DNA from: a virus
Taxonomy: Duplodnaviria; Caudoviricetes
Length of the DNA stretch: 64,000 nt
IMG/VR virus record: IMGVR_UViG_3300020576_006967
Location: 32,001 to 96,000 of that record
Direction: 5' to 3' (one strand)
Shown: positions 39,500 to 48,397 of the stretch, in pieces
Layout: each line of letters begins with the position of its first letter
Numbering within the stretch: position 1 is the stretch's first letter
Made by a program: the position numbers and the translations under genes
The notes under the pieces: generated by a model
What the model saw: only the letters and a program-made list of their open reading frames with translations
Database searches by the model: none
What the model was told of the DNA's origin: nothing

Positions 39500-39741
39500 T
39501 TTTAAAAACAAAATATGTTAGAACAAAAGAAAACAGAATTATTGTTTTCTCAGAATTAAATCAACACTCAGAATTTAAAAATTTTGAACCGATATCAGCT
39601 GGTTTTATATCCATAGGTGTTGGTGAAGATGGAAACCCAGATTGTTCTTGTTATGGAGAGAGTGTTTCTCTTAATTTAAAAAGCGATGAAGCTGAAGATA
39701 CGCTTCTTGCTAAAAGACAAATTCTTGGATTGTGGTTATGA
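39496..39741 (+). CDS. Phage hypothetical protein
   Basis: PISAGF, CYGESVSL motifs. Confidence 0.6.
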   Translation: MILKTKYVRTKENRIIVFSELNQHSEFKNFEPISAGFISIGVGEDGNPDCSCYGESVSLNLKSDEAEDTLLAKRQILGLWL

Positions 39742-39929
39742 TTACAGATGAACATATAGAAAAAAACGGTAAGCAAATAAAGAAGGTGTCGCTTATTTAT
39801 GTTGATGGTGATCCAAAAACTTGTGATGGATGTGATGAGCAGAAAGTTTGCGCTTCAGTAAGAGATATTGTTGGTAACGTTATGATAATTTGCAAAGATT
39901 GTTTGCAAGAAATCATTGATCATTTTTAG
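39738..39929 (+). CDS. Small zinc-finger protein
   Basis: CDGC...CKDC. Confidence 0.55.
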   Translation: MITDEHIEKNGKQIKKVSLIYVDGDPKTCDGCDEQKVCASVRDIVGNVMIICKDCLQEIIDHF

Positions 39930-40134
39930 GCTTCTTTTTTGTTTCTGGCCATTCTAGCCAACCATAAACATAAGGAGCAATTTCTATGTTTCCTTGAAGT
40001 GCTTCAACATAGTTTTTCGTGGATTGAGCCATTTTACCTTCTCGTGCCAATATATCATCTATTGCTCTTTGAATTTGTTGTTGTACTGCTATAACTATAT
40101 TTTTTCTTGCTGCATTTTTTACTTTTTCTTTCAT
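39913..40134 (-). CDS. Hypothetical protein
   Basis: ORF track. Confidence 0.5.
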   Translation of the reverse strand: MKEKVKNAARKNIVIAVQQQIQRAIDDILAREGKMAQSTKNYVEALQGNIEIAPYVYGWLEWPETKKKPKNDQ

Positions 40135-40142
40135 GAGTGTTT

Positions 40143-40805
40143 TTATTCTCTATCTAGTATAATTTCTATTATTAATTTTCCTTCTGGGTCTGAAACCCCA
40201 TCACACATAATATCTACAATTTTTAAAGCTATTATTTTTGAGCCATCTGATGAACTTGTGATCATCCTGGCACCAACGCCAAGTGAAAGTATTATTTCTT
40301 TGTTTGGAAGCTTTAATTCATGTTCTGTGTAGTTGATTATTAGTCTCACATCCACACTTTCATAAATTGTTGTTTTTGGCTTTAAATTTACGATTTGATC
40401 TGTAAGTGTTTTTAACTTTTCCTCATACGCCGCAGCTAGTTCTTTTTCTTTAGAAGTGAGCTCGTTTTGAATTTCTTCCAACTTTTTATTTACACTTTCT
40501 TCTATCTTTTTACTTTCAACAACAGCAATATTTTCGACTTCTTTTGCTGCTTCTAGTTTAATTCCATATAATATCCTATTACCATTTGAGTATTCGTTTA
40601 CTAAATTAATAGCGTAATCATCTTTGTCTTTTTCAGGATCGTGGAAGGAAGCATTTTTTCTATTGTACTTCATTATAGCTGTTCTAACAGCATCTACTTC
40701 CATTCTGCTATAACGCTCTACAAGCGCAGGAATATGTTCTAAAAACGATGGATTATACAGCTGGTACAAATCTTTTAATAATAGTGTAAAGTCTTCTTTT
40801 TTCAT
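40143..40805 (-). CDS. Coiled-coil hypothetical protein
   Basis: ORF track. Confidence 0.6.
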   Translation of the reverse strand: MKKEDFTLLLKDLYQLYNPSFLEHIPALVERYSRMEVDAVRTAIMKYNRKNASFHDPEKDKDDYAINLVNEYSNGNRILYGIKLEAAKEVENIAVVESKKIEESVNKKLEEIQNELTSKEKELAAAYEEKLKTLTDQIVNLKPKTTIYESVDVRLIINYTEHELKLPNKEIILSLGVGARMITSSSDGSKIIALKIVDIMCDGVSDPEGKLIIEIILDRE

Positions 40806-40843
40806 GGTTTCTTTTTACTAAGAAATAGGTTGATAAAAAGCAA

Positions 40844-40870
40844 AAAACCAGATTTTTTAGATCTGGTTTT
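40844..40870. terminator. Terminator-like hairpin
   Basis: aaaaccagat-tttttag-atctggtttt. Confidence 0.6.
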
Positions 40871-40880
40871 ATTAAAATTA

Positions 40881-41483
40881 CTATCTCTCTTTACCTAATT
40901 TATCTGGCGGCGACATAAAATAATGTAAAAAGTCGTAAGCCCAGTTTTTCCACTTGCTAATTTTAGCAAGTGGAATGTTCAAAGGTGTTTTTTGAATCAT
41001 TTGATTTTTTACACCTTTGATTTTGTCTGAACTTTCCCTCTTTTTATTGAACATGTCAATAATTAAGTTGAGGTATTTATTTGGCTCTTTACCATTTTTT
41101 TGAATTGTCATATATGAGAAAGCGCACTTGTCAAAGTATTTAGCATACCTTGCCGTATCATCTGTGCACATTGGTATTTCATTTCTTTCACAATAGTCTG
41201 CTTTGGTTCTATCCCAGGCTTCATCAGAAATCCAAGGATCTCCTTTTTCATCGTAAAACATAGACTCCTTATTGTTTCTGTGATAATCAGCAATTGAAAA
41301 CAAGTGTGTGTAGGCAATGCCATACGACTTTAATTCTTCTTCAATGCCTTTTTCAGCAATATGACTTCCAGTTAAAACATGAATTTCCCAACCATCTTTA
41401 ACAAGACTATTTGTGACTAGCGCAAAAAATTCAGGTGCTGAATTTATAACGCCATGTAAATCTAAAACCCAAGCTTTTTTCAT
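40881..41483 (-). CDS. HAD-superfamily hydrolase-like protein
   Basis: LDLHGVI, LTGS, K...DD. Confidence 0.6.
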   Translation of the reverse strand: MKKAWVLDLHGVINSAPEFFALVTNSLVKDGWEIHVLTGSHIAEKGIEEELKSYGIAYTHLFSIADYHRNNKESMFYDEKGDPWISDEAWDRTKADYCERNEIPMCTDDTARYAKYFDKCAFSYMTIQKNGKEPNKYLNLIIDMFNKKRESSDKIKGVKNQMIQKTPLNIPLAKISKWKNWAYDFLHYFMSPPDKLGKER

Positions 41484-41486
41484 AGT

Positions 41487-42392
41487 TTAAAGATATTCTT
41501 TTACAATTTTAAATTTGGTGCTGTGTCTTAATTTTCTTAAAGATTTTTCTTTAATTTGTCTAACACGCTCCCTGGTTAAATCGACTTTCACCCCAATTTC
41601 TTCAAGACTTTGAGCTGGTACACCTTCCTCTAAACCGAAAAATGCAACTATTACCTCTTGTTCTTTTTGAGTTAATCTAGATGCTAACATTTGTTTAATT
41701 ACAAACTTCAAATCTTCATTTATTAAACCAGCATCAACGTTTAAAGATGGATCCATTTTTATAAGATCAAGAAGTGTTGTTTGATTGTCGTCGCTAAAAG
41801 GTGTATCTAAGGATTGTGTTTTATTTGAGGTTGTTAGAAGCAAAGCAACATCTTCAATTAAAAAATTCTTTGCTGGAAATTTTTCAGAAAGATAAAAAGC
41901 AATTTCTTCAATAGATGGAGGTCTCTCAAGCTCTTGTTCTAATGCCGATGTTGCATTTCTTATTTTGTTTAGATCGGCAACTTTATTTAATGGTAATCTT
42001 ATTGTTTTTGAATGTTCGTTTATTTGTTGCATAATAGATTGACGAATCCACCACACAGCATAAGAGATAAATTTAAAGCCTCTGGAATGATCAAAACGTT
42101 TTGCGGCCTTAATTAAACCTTCGTTTCCAGCTGATACGAGATCTGGTAGAGATAAACCTTGATTTTGGTATTGTTTTGCAACACTAATAACAAATCTTAA
42201 ATTTGATTTTGCCATTTTGTTCACTGCTAACTGAGATGCATGCGGGTCTTCGTTGTATGCTTGAATTATTTTAGCAAGCTCAACTTCTTCTTCTGCTGTA
42301 ATCCCAGGGATTGTTCCAATTTCATTTAAGTACTTTTCGAAAGAAATTGATTCTCTGTTTGTGATTTGTTTAACGATTTTAAGTTGTCTCAT
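41487..42392 (-). CDS. rpoD: RNA polymerase sigma70 factor, Bacteroidota primary-sigma type
   Basis: MRQLKIVKQITNRES, NLRFVISVAKQY, GFKFISYAVWWIRQ, LTRERVRQI. Confidence 0.92.
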   Translation of the reverse strand: MRQLKIVKQITNRESISFEKYLNEIGTIPGITAEEEVELAKIIQAYNEDPHASQLAVNKMAKSNLRFVISVAKQYQNQGLSLPDLVSAGNEGLIKAAKRFDHSRGFKFISYAVWWIRQSIMQQINEHSKTIRLPLNKVADLNKIRNATSALEQELERPPSIEEIAFYLSEKFPAKNFLIEDVALLLTTSNKTQSLDTPFSDDNQTTLLDLIKMDPSLNVDAGLINEDLKFVIKQMLASRLTQKEQEVIVAFFGLEEGVPAQSLEEIGVKVDLTRERVRQIKEKSLRKLRHSTKFKIVKEYL

Positions 42393-42418
42393 AATTTATG
42401 TGTTGGTATATTTGTAAG

Positions 42419-42444
42419 TTATACGTTGCAAAAACAAAAAGGTT
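42419..42444 (-). promoter_or_regulatory. ECF-like promoter driving the sigma70 gene
   Basis: Minus strand: aacctttttgtttttgcaacgtataa. Confidence 0.75.
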
Positions 42445-42482
42445 GTAAAAAAATGAAAATAAATTGAGAAATTTTAAAAATA

Positions 42483-42521
42483 AAAAACCCTCAACTTACT
42501 ATTGTTCGGTTGAGGGTTTTT
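42483..42521 (-). terminator. Terminator at the 3' end of the tmRNA coding piece
   Basis: aaaaaccctcaac...gttgagggttttt hairpin. Confidence 0.75.
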
Positions 42522-42686
42522 GTTCGATCCTTAAACCAATTCAGCCACAAGGACTGCACTAGTTTCAGGCGTATTAGCGTAAGCGATTGCGCTTTGAGCT
42601 AATACCTTTGTTAGGTTTTTGCCGTTTGATAGGCTGATTAATCTCTCCTTGTAGCTTTTGATTCGTGTTCGAAATCATTCGCCCCC
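42483..42686 (-). ncRNA. ssrA: tmRNA coding piece (5' acceptor strand plus tag frame) of a permuted two-piece tmRNA
   Basis: Begins GGGGGCGAAUGAUUUCGA; predicted resume codon GGC at 42623; tag GKNLTKVLAQSAIAYANTPETSAVLVAELV* to 42531. Confidence 0.82.
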
Positions 42687-42700
42687 ATTTTTTCAGTTAA

Positions 42701-42883
42701 TTACTTAACCGAGGTTGTAGTAGCTGCTGTTGTCATTGTATCAGCGCAAACCGCTTTACAAGAATCAACCGCTACAGTGTCACACTTAGGCGCTTCCGTT
42801 TCCGTAGCTACTTCAGTGGCCGTATTTGTACAAGCTCCTAGAGCTAATGCCAAAACGATCAATAGTTTTTTTGTTGTTTTCAT
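42701..42883 (-). CDS. Small lipoprotein inside the tmRNA intervening segment
   Basis: Basic N-terminus, hydrophobic core, LGAC lipobox; Thr/Ala-rich. Confidence 0.75.
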   Translation of the reverse strand: MKTTKKLLIVLALALGACTNTATEVATETEAPKCDTVAVDSCKAVCADTMTTAATTTSVK

Positions 42884-42884
42884 C

Positions 42885-42950
42885 TAGTGGAAGCGCAGGG
42901 TATAGAGCCCTGGTTACACAAATTTCGACTACATATCAACGAGCTTAATC
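42885..42950 (-). ncRNA. ssrA: tmRNA acceptor piece (P2 strand, T arm, 3' acceptor strand)
   Basis: CAGGG-CUCUAUA-CCCUG T arm then CGCUUCC-A; pairs with GGGGGCG including G3:U70. Confidence 0.82.
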
Positions 42951-43003
42951 TGATTGTAAATATACAGAAATTTTTCCAATTCCAAATAGAAATTGAAAAA
43001 TAA

Positions 43004-43360
43004 TTAAAATTTTTTTATAGGAATTTTAGAATTTTGATTCTGGGTATTATTGCCAAACTTTCTACCTAGAAGATTAACTCTTTGAAGCACGAATCTAAGC
43101 TCTAGTTCTCCGCCATTTTTTTCTGCCTCAAAACCGCACAAAGATATGGTTTGCTCTTTTTCGTCGGACTCTATAACCTTATCAAAACAAGCACTGGCAA
43201 TACTTTTCAAGTCCTGTTTGGTTGGTGTTTTTAATTTTTCTACATTGTTAGTTTTTACGCTAATTTTTAAACCAAGAAGTTTAAAAACAGTCTTGATTTG
43301 TTCGAAATCAAAATCTTGAATTATAATTTCTTTTTGTTCGTATAATTTTTCTTTGTTCAT
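43004..43360 (-). CDS. Phage hypothetical protein
   Basis: ORF track. Confidence 0.55.
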   Translation of the reverse strand: MNKEKLYEQKEIIIQDFDFEQIKTVFKLLGLKISVKTNNVEKLKTPTKQDLKSIASACFDKVIESDEKEQTISLCGFEAEKNGGELELRFVLQRVNLLGRKFGNNTQNQNSKIPIKKF

Positions 43361-43362
43361 GG

Positions 43363-43629
43363 CTATTGTTTTGGTGTTAAAGTAAATTTTTTAAATAAAT
43401 CTTGAAGAAATCCGTATTCGTTAAGTTCTTTACAATGAAATCTTCCATTGGCGTGTTGCATATTGTCTTCAATAAGAGTTTGTACTTTAGCTCTGATTTG
43501 AACTTGAGAAATTGGTTTTTTAAATGGATTGGTTGACTCTAAGTCTTCTTGATAGTCCTTTTCATCTTGTTCGTCAACAAGAGATTGAATTTCATCTTTT
43601 AATTCTGTGGTATTATTTACTGTTTTCAT
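43363..43629 (-). CDS. Hypothetical protein
   Basis: ORF track. Confidence 0.55.
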   Translation of the reverse strand: MKTVNNTTELKDEIQSLVDEQDEKDYQEDLESTNPFKKPISQVQIRAKVQTLIEDNMQHANGRFHCKELNEYGFLQDLFKKFTLTPKQ

Positions 43630-43966
43630 GTACGGATTTTTTTACTTTTATTTTAATAAGCTCTTTTAACAAAATTTCTTTAACCTCAACAGGTTCAAGG
43701 CCTTTAAATGAAAGGCTTACTGATTTACCGTTTTCTTTTCCCTTGCCTTCACGTACTTCGATGTTGGTAACTCTACCTTTTAAAAATGGGCTTAATTCTT
43801 CTTTTTCAATGGTTTCTTTTATAAAGTCATAAACTTCTTGTTGTGATGCATCACAAAAAGTCAAAAACTCTGTTTGGACTCCTTGTTTTTTAATGTTAAC
43901 CCTCATTAAGAGAGGTGGATCTGGAGTGGTGTATATTCTCATGTGGTTGGTTTTAATTTGTGCCAA
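43613..43966 (-). CDS. Hypothetical protein
   Basis: ORF track; start may be ATG 43942. Confidence 0.55.
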   Translation of the reverse strand: MAQIKTNHMRIYTTPDPPLLMRVNIKKQGVQTEFLTFCDASQQEVYDFIKETIEKEELSPFLKGRVTNIEVREGKGKENGKSVSLSFKGLEPVEVKEILLKELIKIKVKKSVHENSK

Positions 43967-44349
43967 AATCTTTCAGAAAAATAAACATTTGGAAGATCAA
44001 CGGCAGCCTGGAACATTGGTGCTATGTCTTTAACTCTATATTTAGCTAGACCGCAACCAATCTCTGTTGTGTAAAATGTTATCTCTGGATGCAACTTGCA
44101 AAAATCAATGTACCTTTCAATGTAAATTTTTATTTTAGTGAGAGGTAAAACTTGCATTTTTTTCGTTTTAGTTGGAATACCATATGTGTTACCAGCGTGC
44201 CCCTCACCTTGACCCATTTTTGCGCCCATACCCATAGCGTCTTTTGCAGCGCCCTTAGAATGTCTTCCGCCTTCGTTGCTACCAAATGTAAAGCAGAATC
44301 CCTCTGGTACCTTTTTTATTTTTCCCTTAGGAATTATTCTGTTTTCCAT
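43939..44349 (-). CDS. A1S_2505-like (macrodomain-related) phage protein
   Basis: FTFGSNEGGRHSKGAAK, YGIPTK, TEIGCGLA. Confidence 0.7.
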   Translation of the reverse strand: MENRIIPKGKIKKVPEGFCFTFGSNEGGRHSKGAAKDAMGMGAKMGQGEGHAGNTYGIPTKTKKMQVLPLTKIKIYIERYIDFCKLHPEITFYTTEIGCGLAKYRVKDIAPMFQAAVDLPNVYFSERFWHKLKPTT

Positions 44350-44355
44350 AATTAC

Positions 44356-44381
44356 TTATACGCTAAAAGTTGAAAAAGGTT
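44356..44381 (-). promoter_or_regulatory. ECF-like promoter
   Basis: Minus strand: tgaaacctttttcaacttttagcgtataa. Confidence 0.75.
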
Positions 44382-44387
44382 TCATTG

Positions 44388-44840
44388 TTAAGCTGTTTTT
44401 TTCCACTTAGCATCTACATTTAGTTTTGCGGGTTTGTCGTATTGTTTTGCTCCAACAACGTTTCCTTCACAATCAAAAAAGGTAACCTTGTAATTTGTGT
44501 TTAATTCTCTGGGAAAAGCTAACTCTTCTACGGTTTTATGAGGATTTAAGATTCTTACCCCACGAAAAAGGAACGCTTCCATGAGCTCATGCCTTACAAT
44601 TAGCTCAGCACAGAGCCAAGCGGTCATAACAACGCCAGTTTCACTGCAATTTTTATCAACAAACATCCAACGACCAAATCCAGTGCTAACTTTTCCATTG
44701 TTTATGTCTGGACGTTTAAAAGAAGTTCTAAGTAAAAAACCATCTGGGTTTTCTTTAACTTGAAACTTCCAGCCCATATCTAGGTTGCTTGGCGCAAAGG
44801 TGATGTTTTTTACTATTTTTTTTATTTCGGCTAAATCCAT
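44388..44840 (-). CDS. Phage hypothetical protein
   Basis: GRW...HELMEAF...NPH; start reassigned downstream of the promoter. Confidence 0.6.
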   Translation of the reverse strand: MDLAEIKKIVKNITFAPSNLDMGWKFQVKENPDGFLLRTSFKRPDINNGKVSTGFGRWMFVDKNCSETGVVMTAWLCAELIVRHELMEAFLFRGVRILNPHKTVEELAFPRELNTNYKVTFFDCEGNVVGAKQYDKPAKLNVDAKWKKTA

Positions 44841-44884
44841 TTTGAAATCTTGATTTAATTGTCTACTTTTATCTAGTTTATTGG

Positions 44885-44910
44885 TTATACGTAAAAACCC
44901 ATACAAGGTT
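44885..44910 (-). promoter_or_regulatory. ECF-like promoter
   Basis: Minus strand: aaccttgtatgggtttttacgtataa. Confidence 0.7.
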
Positions 44911-44974
44911 GCAAAAAAACAAATAATTAATACATGTCATATATTTTATACTATTTATAATGAAAGTATAAAAT

Positions 44975-45598
44975 ATGAAAAAAATTTGTAATATATGTGA
45001 TATTGAAAAAGAATTAGTTGATTTTAACAAGTGTAAAAATAGCAAAGATGGATTTCTTAATTATTGTAAAATTTGTAACAATGTAAAAAGGAGAAAAAGA
45101 ACAGCTAAAAATAAAGATTTATTGAATGAATGGAAGAGAAACTATTTAAAAAACAATCCAGAACAACGAGAAAAACATCTTAAAAGGTTGAAAATTTATA
45201 ATGAAAAAAACATTGAAAAGCATAGGAAGTATGCTTTAGCTTTAGAGAAGAAAAGATTAAAAACAGACAAAGTGTTTTTAATCAGAAAAAACATAAAACA
45301 ATCAATAAAACATTCTTTTAAAAAAAAAGATGTAAAATGTAAAGAAAAAATGCAAAACATTTTAGGGTGCACATACAAAGAATTTAAACAATATATTGAA
45401 AGCAAATTTGAATCATGGATGACATGGGATAATTATGGTAAATTTAATGGAGAATTAAAATGTGGTTGGGACATTGACCATATTATACCAGTGTCATCTG
45501 CTAATTCAGAAGAAGAAATAATTAAGTTAAGCCATTACACAAACTTCCAACCTTTGTGTAGCAAGGTAAACAGACACATTAAAAGTAATAAATTTTAA
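44975..45598 (+). CDS. HNH-type homing endonuclease, paralog of 22753..23466
   Basis: YIESKFESWM...WDIDHIIP...HYTNFQPL. Confidence 0.75.
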   Translation: MKKICNICDIEKELVDFNKCKNSKDGFLNYCKICNNVKRRKRTAKNKDLLNEWKRNYLKNNPEQREKHLKRLKIYNEKNIEKHRKYALALEKKRLKTDKVFLIRKNIKQSIKHSFKKKDVKCKEKMQNILGCTYKEFKQYIESKFESWMTWDNYGKFNGELKCGWDIDHIIPVSSANSEEEIIKLSHYTNFQPLCSKVNRHIKSNKF

Positions 45599-45604
45599 AA
45601 AATT

Positions 45605-46177
45605 ATGACAGTAATAGTCGGTTTAATTGACAAAGAAGCTGTATATATAGGCGGCGATAGTGCGGCTATAGACACCTCAGAGTTATCTTATAGTTCAAGA
45701 GCGGACACAAAAGTGTTTCGTAAAGGTGATATGATATTTGGTTTTTCTGTTTCTTTTAGAATGGGTCAACTTCTAAGATATAAACTAAGAGTTCCGAACC
45801 ATCCTAGAGGAATGGATAACTTTCAATATATGGCAACTTTGTTTATTGATTCAGTTAGAAAGTGCTTTGATGATAACGGATATACATCTATGGACACAGA
45901 AGATGGTGGTGAGTTTCTAATTGGATATAAGGGGGGGTTATATTCAGTGCTGAGCGATTATCAAGTAGCTGAATCCAGACAAAATTACACAGCTCTTGGT
46001 TGTGGAGAGTCTTTTGCTATGGGGGCTCTTTATGCAACCAAAGAAAGGGACCCAATAAAAAAAATTGAGCTTGCTTTAAACGCTTCTGCCACATTCTCGA
46101 TGGGGGTTAGGCCACCTTTTGAAATTGTGAAGTTGGCTCACAAGAAAAAACCAGCAGCTAAAACAACTAGAAAATGA
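45605..46177 (+). CDS. Ntn-hydrolase (HslV/proteasome-beta-like) peptidase
   Basis: N-terminal Thr (MTVIVG), GGDS, ALGCG...AMGAL. Confidence 0.7.
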   Translation: MTVIVGLIDKEAVYIGGDSAAIDTSELSYSSRADTKVFRKGDMIFGFSVSFRMGQLLRYKLRVPNHPRGMDNFQYMATLFIDSVRKCFDDNGYTSMDTEDGGEFLIGYKGGLYSVLSDYQVAESRQNYTALGCGESFAMGALYATKERDPIKKIELALNASATFSMGVRPPFEIVKLAHKKKPAAKTTRK

Positions 46178-46683
46178 TTAATAACAATATAATCTCATTC
46201 GATTTTGATGGTTCTTTAAGCGATCACCATAATGGTGATATAAACATTTATAAAAAAACCACACAAGCAAATGCAAAACTTTTAATTTCTTTGGGCTATG
46301 AGGTTCATATTGTTACAAGGCGATACGATCATTATAATGCGCAGAGAGGTTTGGTAAACGAACATTTACCAGTGATTCAAATGGCAAAAGAGCTTGGCAT
46401 TGACAATGGTAATATACACTTTACAAACAGGTCTTGGAAATACGAAACCATTCAAAAACTAGGAGCGTCAGTACATATTGACGATGATAATATGGAGCTT
46501 TTTTGGCTTGAAAGACATTGTCCAGGTGTTAAGGTTTTTGTTGTAGGACCAGAAGATTGGCAGGGAAATTTGTTAAAACACATTGAGCAAAATTTGATAA
46601 TTAGAAAAAGTAAAGAAAGTTTTATTGGAAAAATAAAAAAAATATTAAAAAAATTACAACCTTTTACAAAAAAGAACGTATAA
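46174..46683 (+). CDS. HAD-like protein
   Basis: SFDFDGSL, VTRR, HIDDD. Confidence 0.65.
   Translation: MINNNIISFDFDGSLSDHHNGDINIYKKTTQANAKLLISLGYEVHIVTRRYDHYNAQRGLVNEHLPVIQMAKELGIDNGNIHFTNRSWKYETIQKLGASVHIDDDNMELFWLERHCPGVKVFVVGPEDWQGNLLKHIEQNLIIRKSKESFIGKIKKILKKLQPFTKKNV
46658..46683 (+). promoter_or_regulatory. ECF-like promoter
   Basis: aaccttttacaaaaaagaacgtataa. Confidence 0.7.
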
Positions 46684-46702
46684 GCATATAAAAACTATAA
46701 AA

Positions 46703-47257
46703 ATGGAAAACGAAAAAAAGCCAAATATTGGCAAAATTTTAATTATCTCAGGTGTGATTGGTATAGCTTTAATAACTCTTATTACTTATGTTACACTAAG
46801 CAATAAAGAAGTTCGTCTTAACAATAGCGCAGTAGCTCAAGAACAAGTATGTAAGCTTGATTTTGACAATATGTTCAAGACCATCAAACAAACAGCAAAT
46901 GTTGCCGAAGAAGCCAAAGAATCTTTTAAAGAAATTTATTTTGGTATTACCGATAAAACATATGCAAATGATCAAAATTTAGTTATGAAATGGGTTACTG
47001 CTGCAAACCCTCAGTTTGATATGAGTTTGTTTAAACAGTTGATGACAATAATTGAATCAAAAAGAAATGATAATCAATATCAGCAATCAAAGTTGGCCGA
47101 CATTCAGCGTGAATGGAAAGATCTTGTTGGAACGTTTCCAGGAAGTTTATTTCTTGGCAGTCGCACCCTCAATATTACATTTGTTACTTCTGGAAAAACT
47201 AAAGAAGTGTATCGCACTGGCGAGGATAACGATCTAGAATTATTCAATAAAAAATAA
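46703..47257 (+). CDS. Membrane-anchored LemA-like helical protein
   Basis: N-terminal TM segment; TFPGSLF. Confidence 0.5.
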   Translation: MENEKKPNIGKILIISGVIGIALITLITYVTLSNKEVRLNNSAVAQEQVCKLDFDNMFKTIKQTANVAEEAKESFKEIYFGITDKTYANDQNLVMKWVTAANPQFDMSLFKQLMTIIESKRNDNQYQQSKLADIQREWKDLVGTFPGSLFLGSRTLNITFVTSGKTKEVYRTGEDNDLELFNKK

Positions 47258-47260
47258 GAC

Positions 47261-48394
47261 ATGATAATTTGGTTTGCCTTACTGATACCAGTAATCACCG
47301 CCGTTATTTTATTAAAGTTTTTTAGCCATAAGACTGCCATATGGGAATTTGCAATCCCATTTTTGGCAACCTTGATTACGATACTTATTATAAAATTTGG
47401 CGGAGAAAGCGCTCAAACTTCAGATACTGAATTTTTGAGCGAACCAGCTTCTCACGCTATTTATTCTGAACCTTGGGATGAAGAAGTGCCATGTACCCAC
47501 TCTTATAATTGTAATTGCACAAAAGATGACAAGGGTAATGAAAGTTGTCAAACTTGTTATGAGCATTCGTATGATGTGGATTATCACCCAGCTTATTGGT
47601 CTATTGTTTCTGAAAGTGGCAACGAAATAAGAATTACAGAAGCTAAATATTATTCTTTAGTTGGTAGGTGGAAAAACAAAGTATTTGAAGATCAAAATAG
47701 AGACTTTCACGATATTGATGGCGATTGGTATGTTACTTATTGGCCAAAAAATGAAAGTGTATTAGAGTGCATGGTAAAAGAGCACTCCTATGAAAATAGA
47801 GTCCAGTCATCAAATAGCGTTTTCAATTATCAAGAGGTTAGCGAAGAAGACAAAAAACACTATGGAATTTATGAATATCCCAATATTTCATTTGGTTATA
47901 ATCAAACAAATATTTTAGGAATGGGAGATTCTACAAGAAGGACCGCTGAAAGAAAAATGGAAATTTTAAATGCCAAACTTGGAAAAGTAAAGCAGGTAAA
48001 AGTTTTTATTTTATTATTTAGAAACAAAACCGAAAATGCCGCTTTTATACAAGAGTGTTATTGGAAGGGCGGAAACAAAAACGAGCTTGTTGTGTGTATT
48101 GGTATTGACGATGCCTTAAATGTAAAGTGGTGCAAAGCATTCTCTTTTACTGAGGTATCTGAAATAAAGATTAATGTTAGGAATTATGTGACAGACTTAA
48201 AACAATTGAATTGCTCTAGTGTTGTTGATTTTCTTTCAACAGAAGTTGAGAGAAATTTTAAAAGGAAACACTTTAAAGACTTTAATTATCTTGAAATTGA
48301 ACCGAAGGGTTGGCAAATATGGTTGACGTTTATTTTAACCATTGTCATTAATATAGCTGTGTCTGCCTGGGTAATTAAAAACGAGTTTAAATAA
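47261..48394 (+). CDS. Membrane protein with Cys-rich periplasmic domain
   Basis: TM segments at both ends; CTHSYNCNC; WKGGNKNE. Confidence 0.55.
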   Translation: MIIWFALLIPVITAVILLKFFSHKTAIWEFAIPFLATLITILIIKFGGESAQTSDTEFLSEPASHAIYSEPWDEEVPCTHSYNCNCTKDDKGNESCQTCYEHSYDVDYHPAYWSIVSESGNEIRITEAKYYSLVGRWKNKVFEDQNRDFHDIDGDWYVTYWPKNESVLECMVKEHSYENRVQSSNSVFNYQEVSEEDKKHYGIYEYPNISFGYNQTNILGMGDSTRRTAERKMEILNAKLGKVKQVKVFILLFRNKTENAAFIQECYWKGGNKNELVVCIGIDDALNVKWCKAFSFTEVSEIKINVRNYVTDLKQLNCSSVVDFLSTEVERNFKRKHFKDFNYLEIEPKGWQIWLTFILTIVINIAVSAWVIKNEFK

Positions 48395-48397
48395 TAT

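Noticed and set aside
42885-42915. Standalone tRNA or pseudo-tRNA
   Set aside because: There is no anticodon or D arm; the 5' acceptor strand lies 200 nt downstream with a tag frame, which fits a permuted tmRNA.
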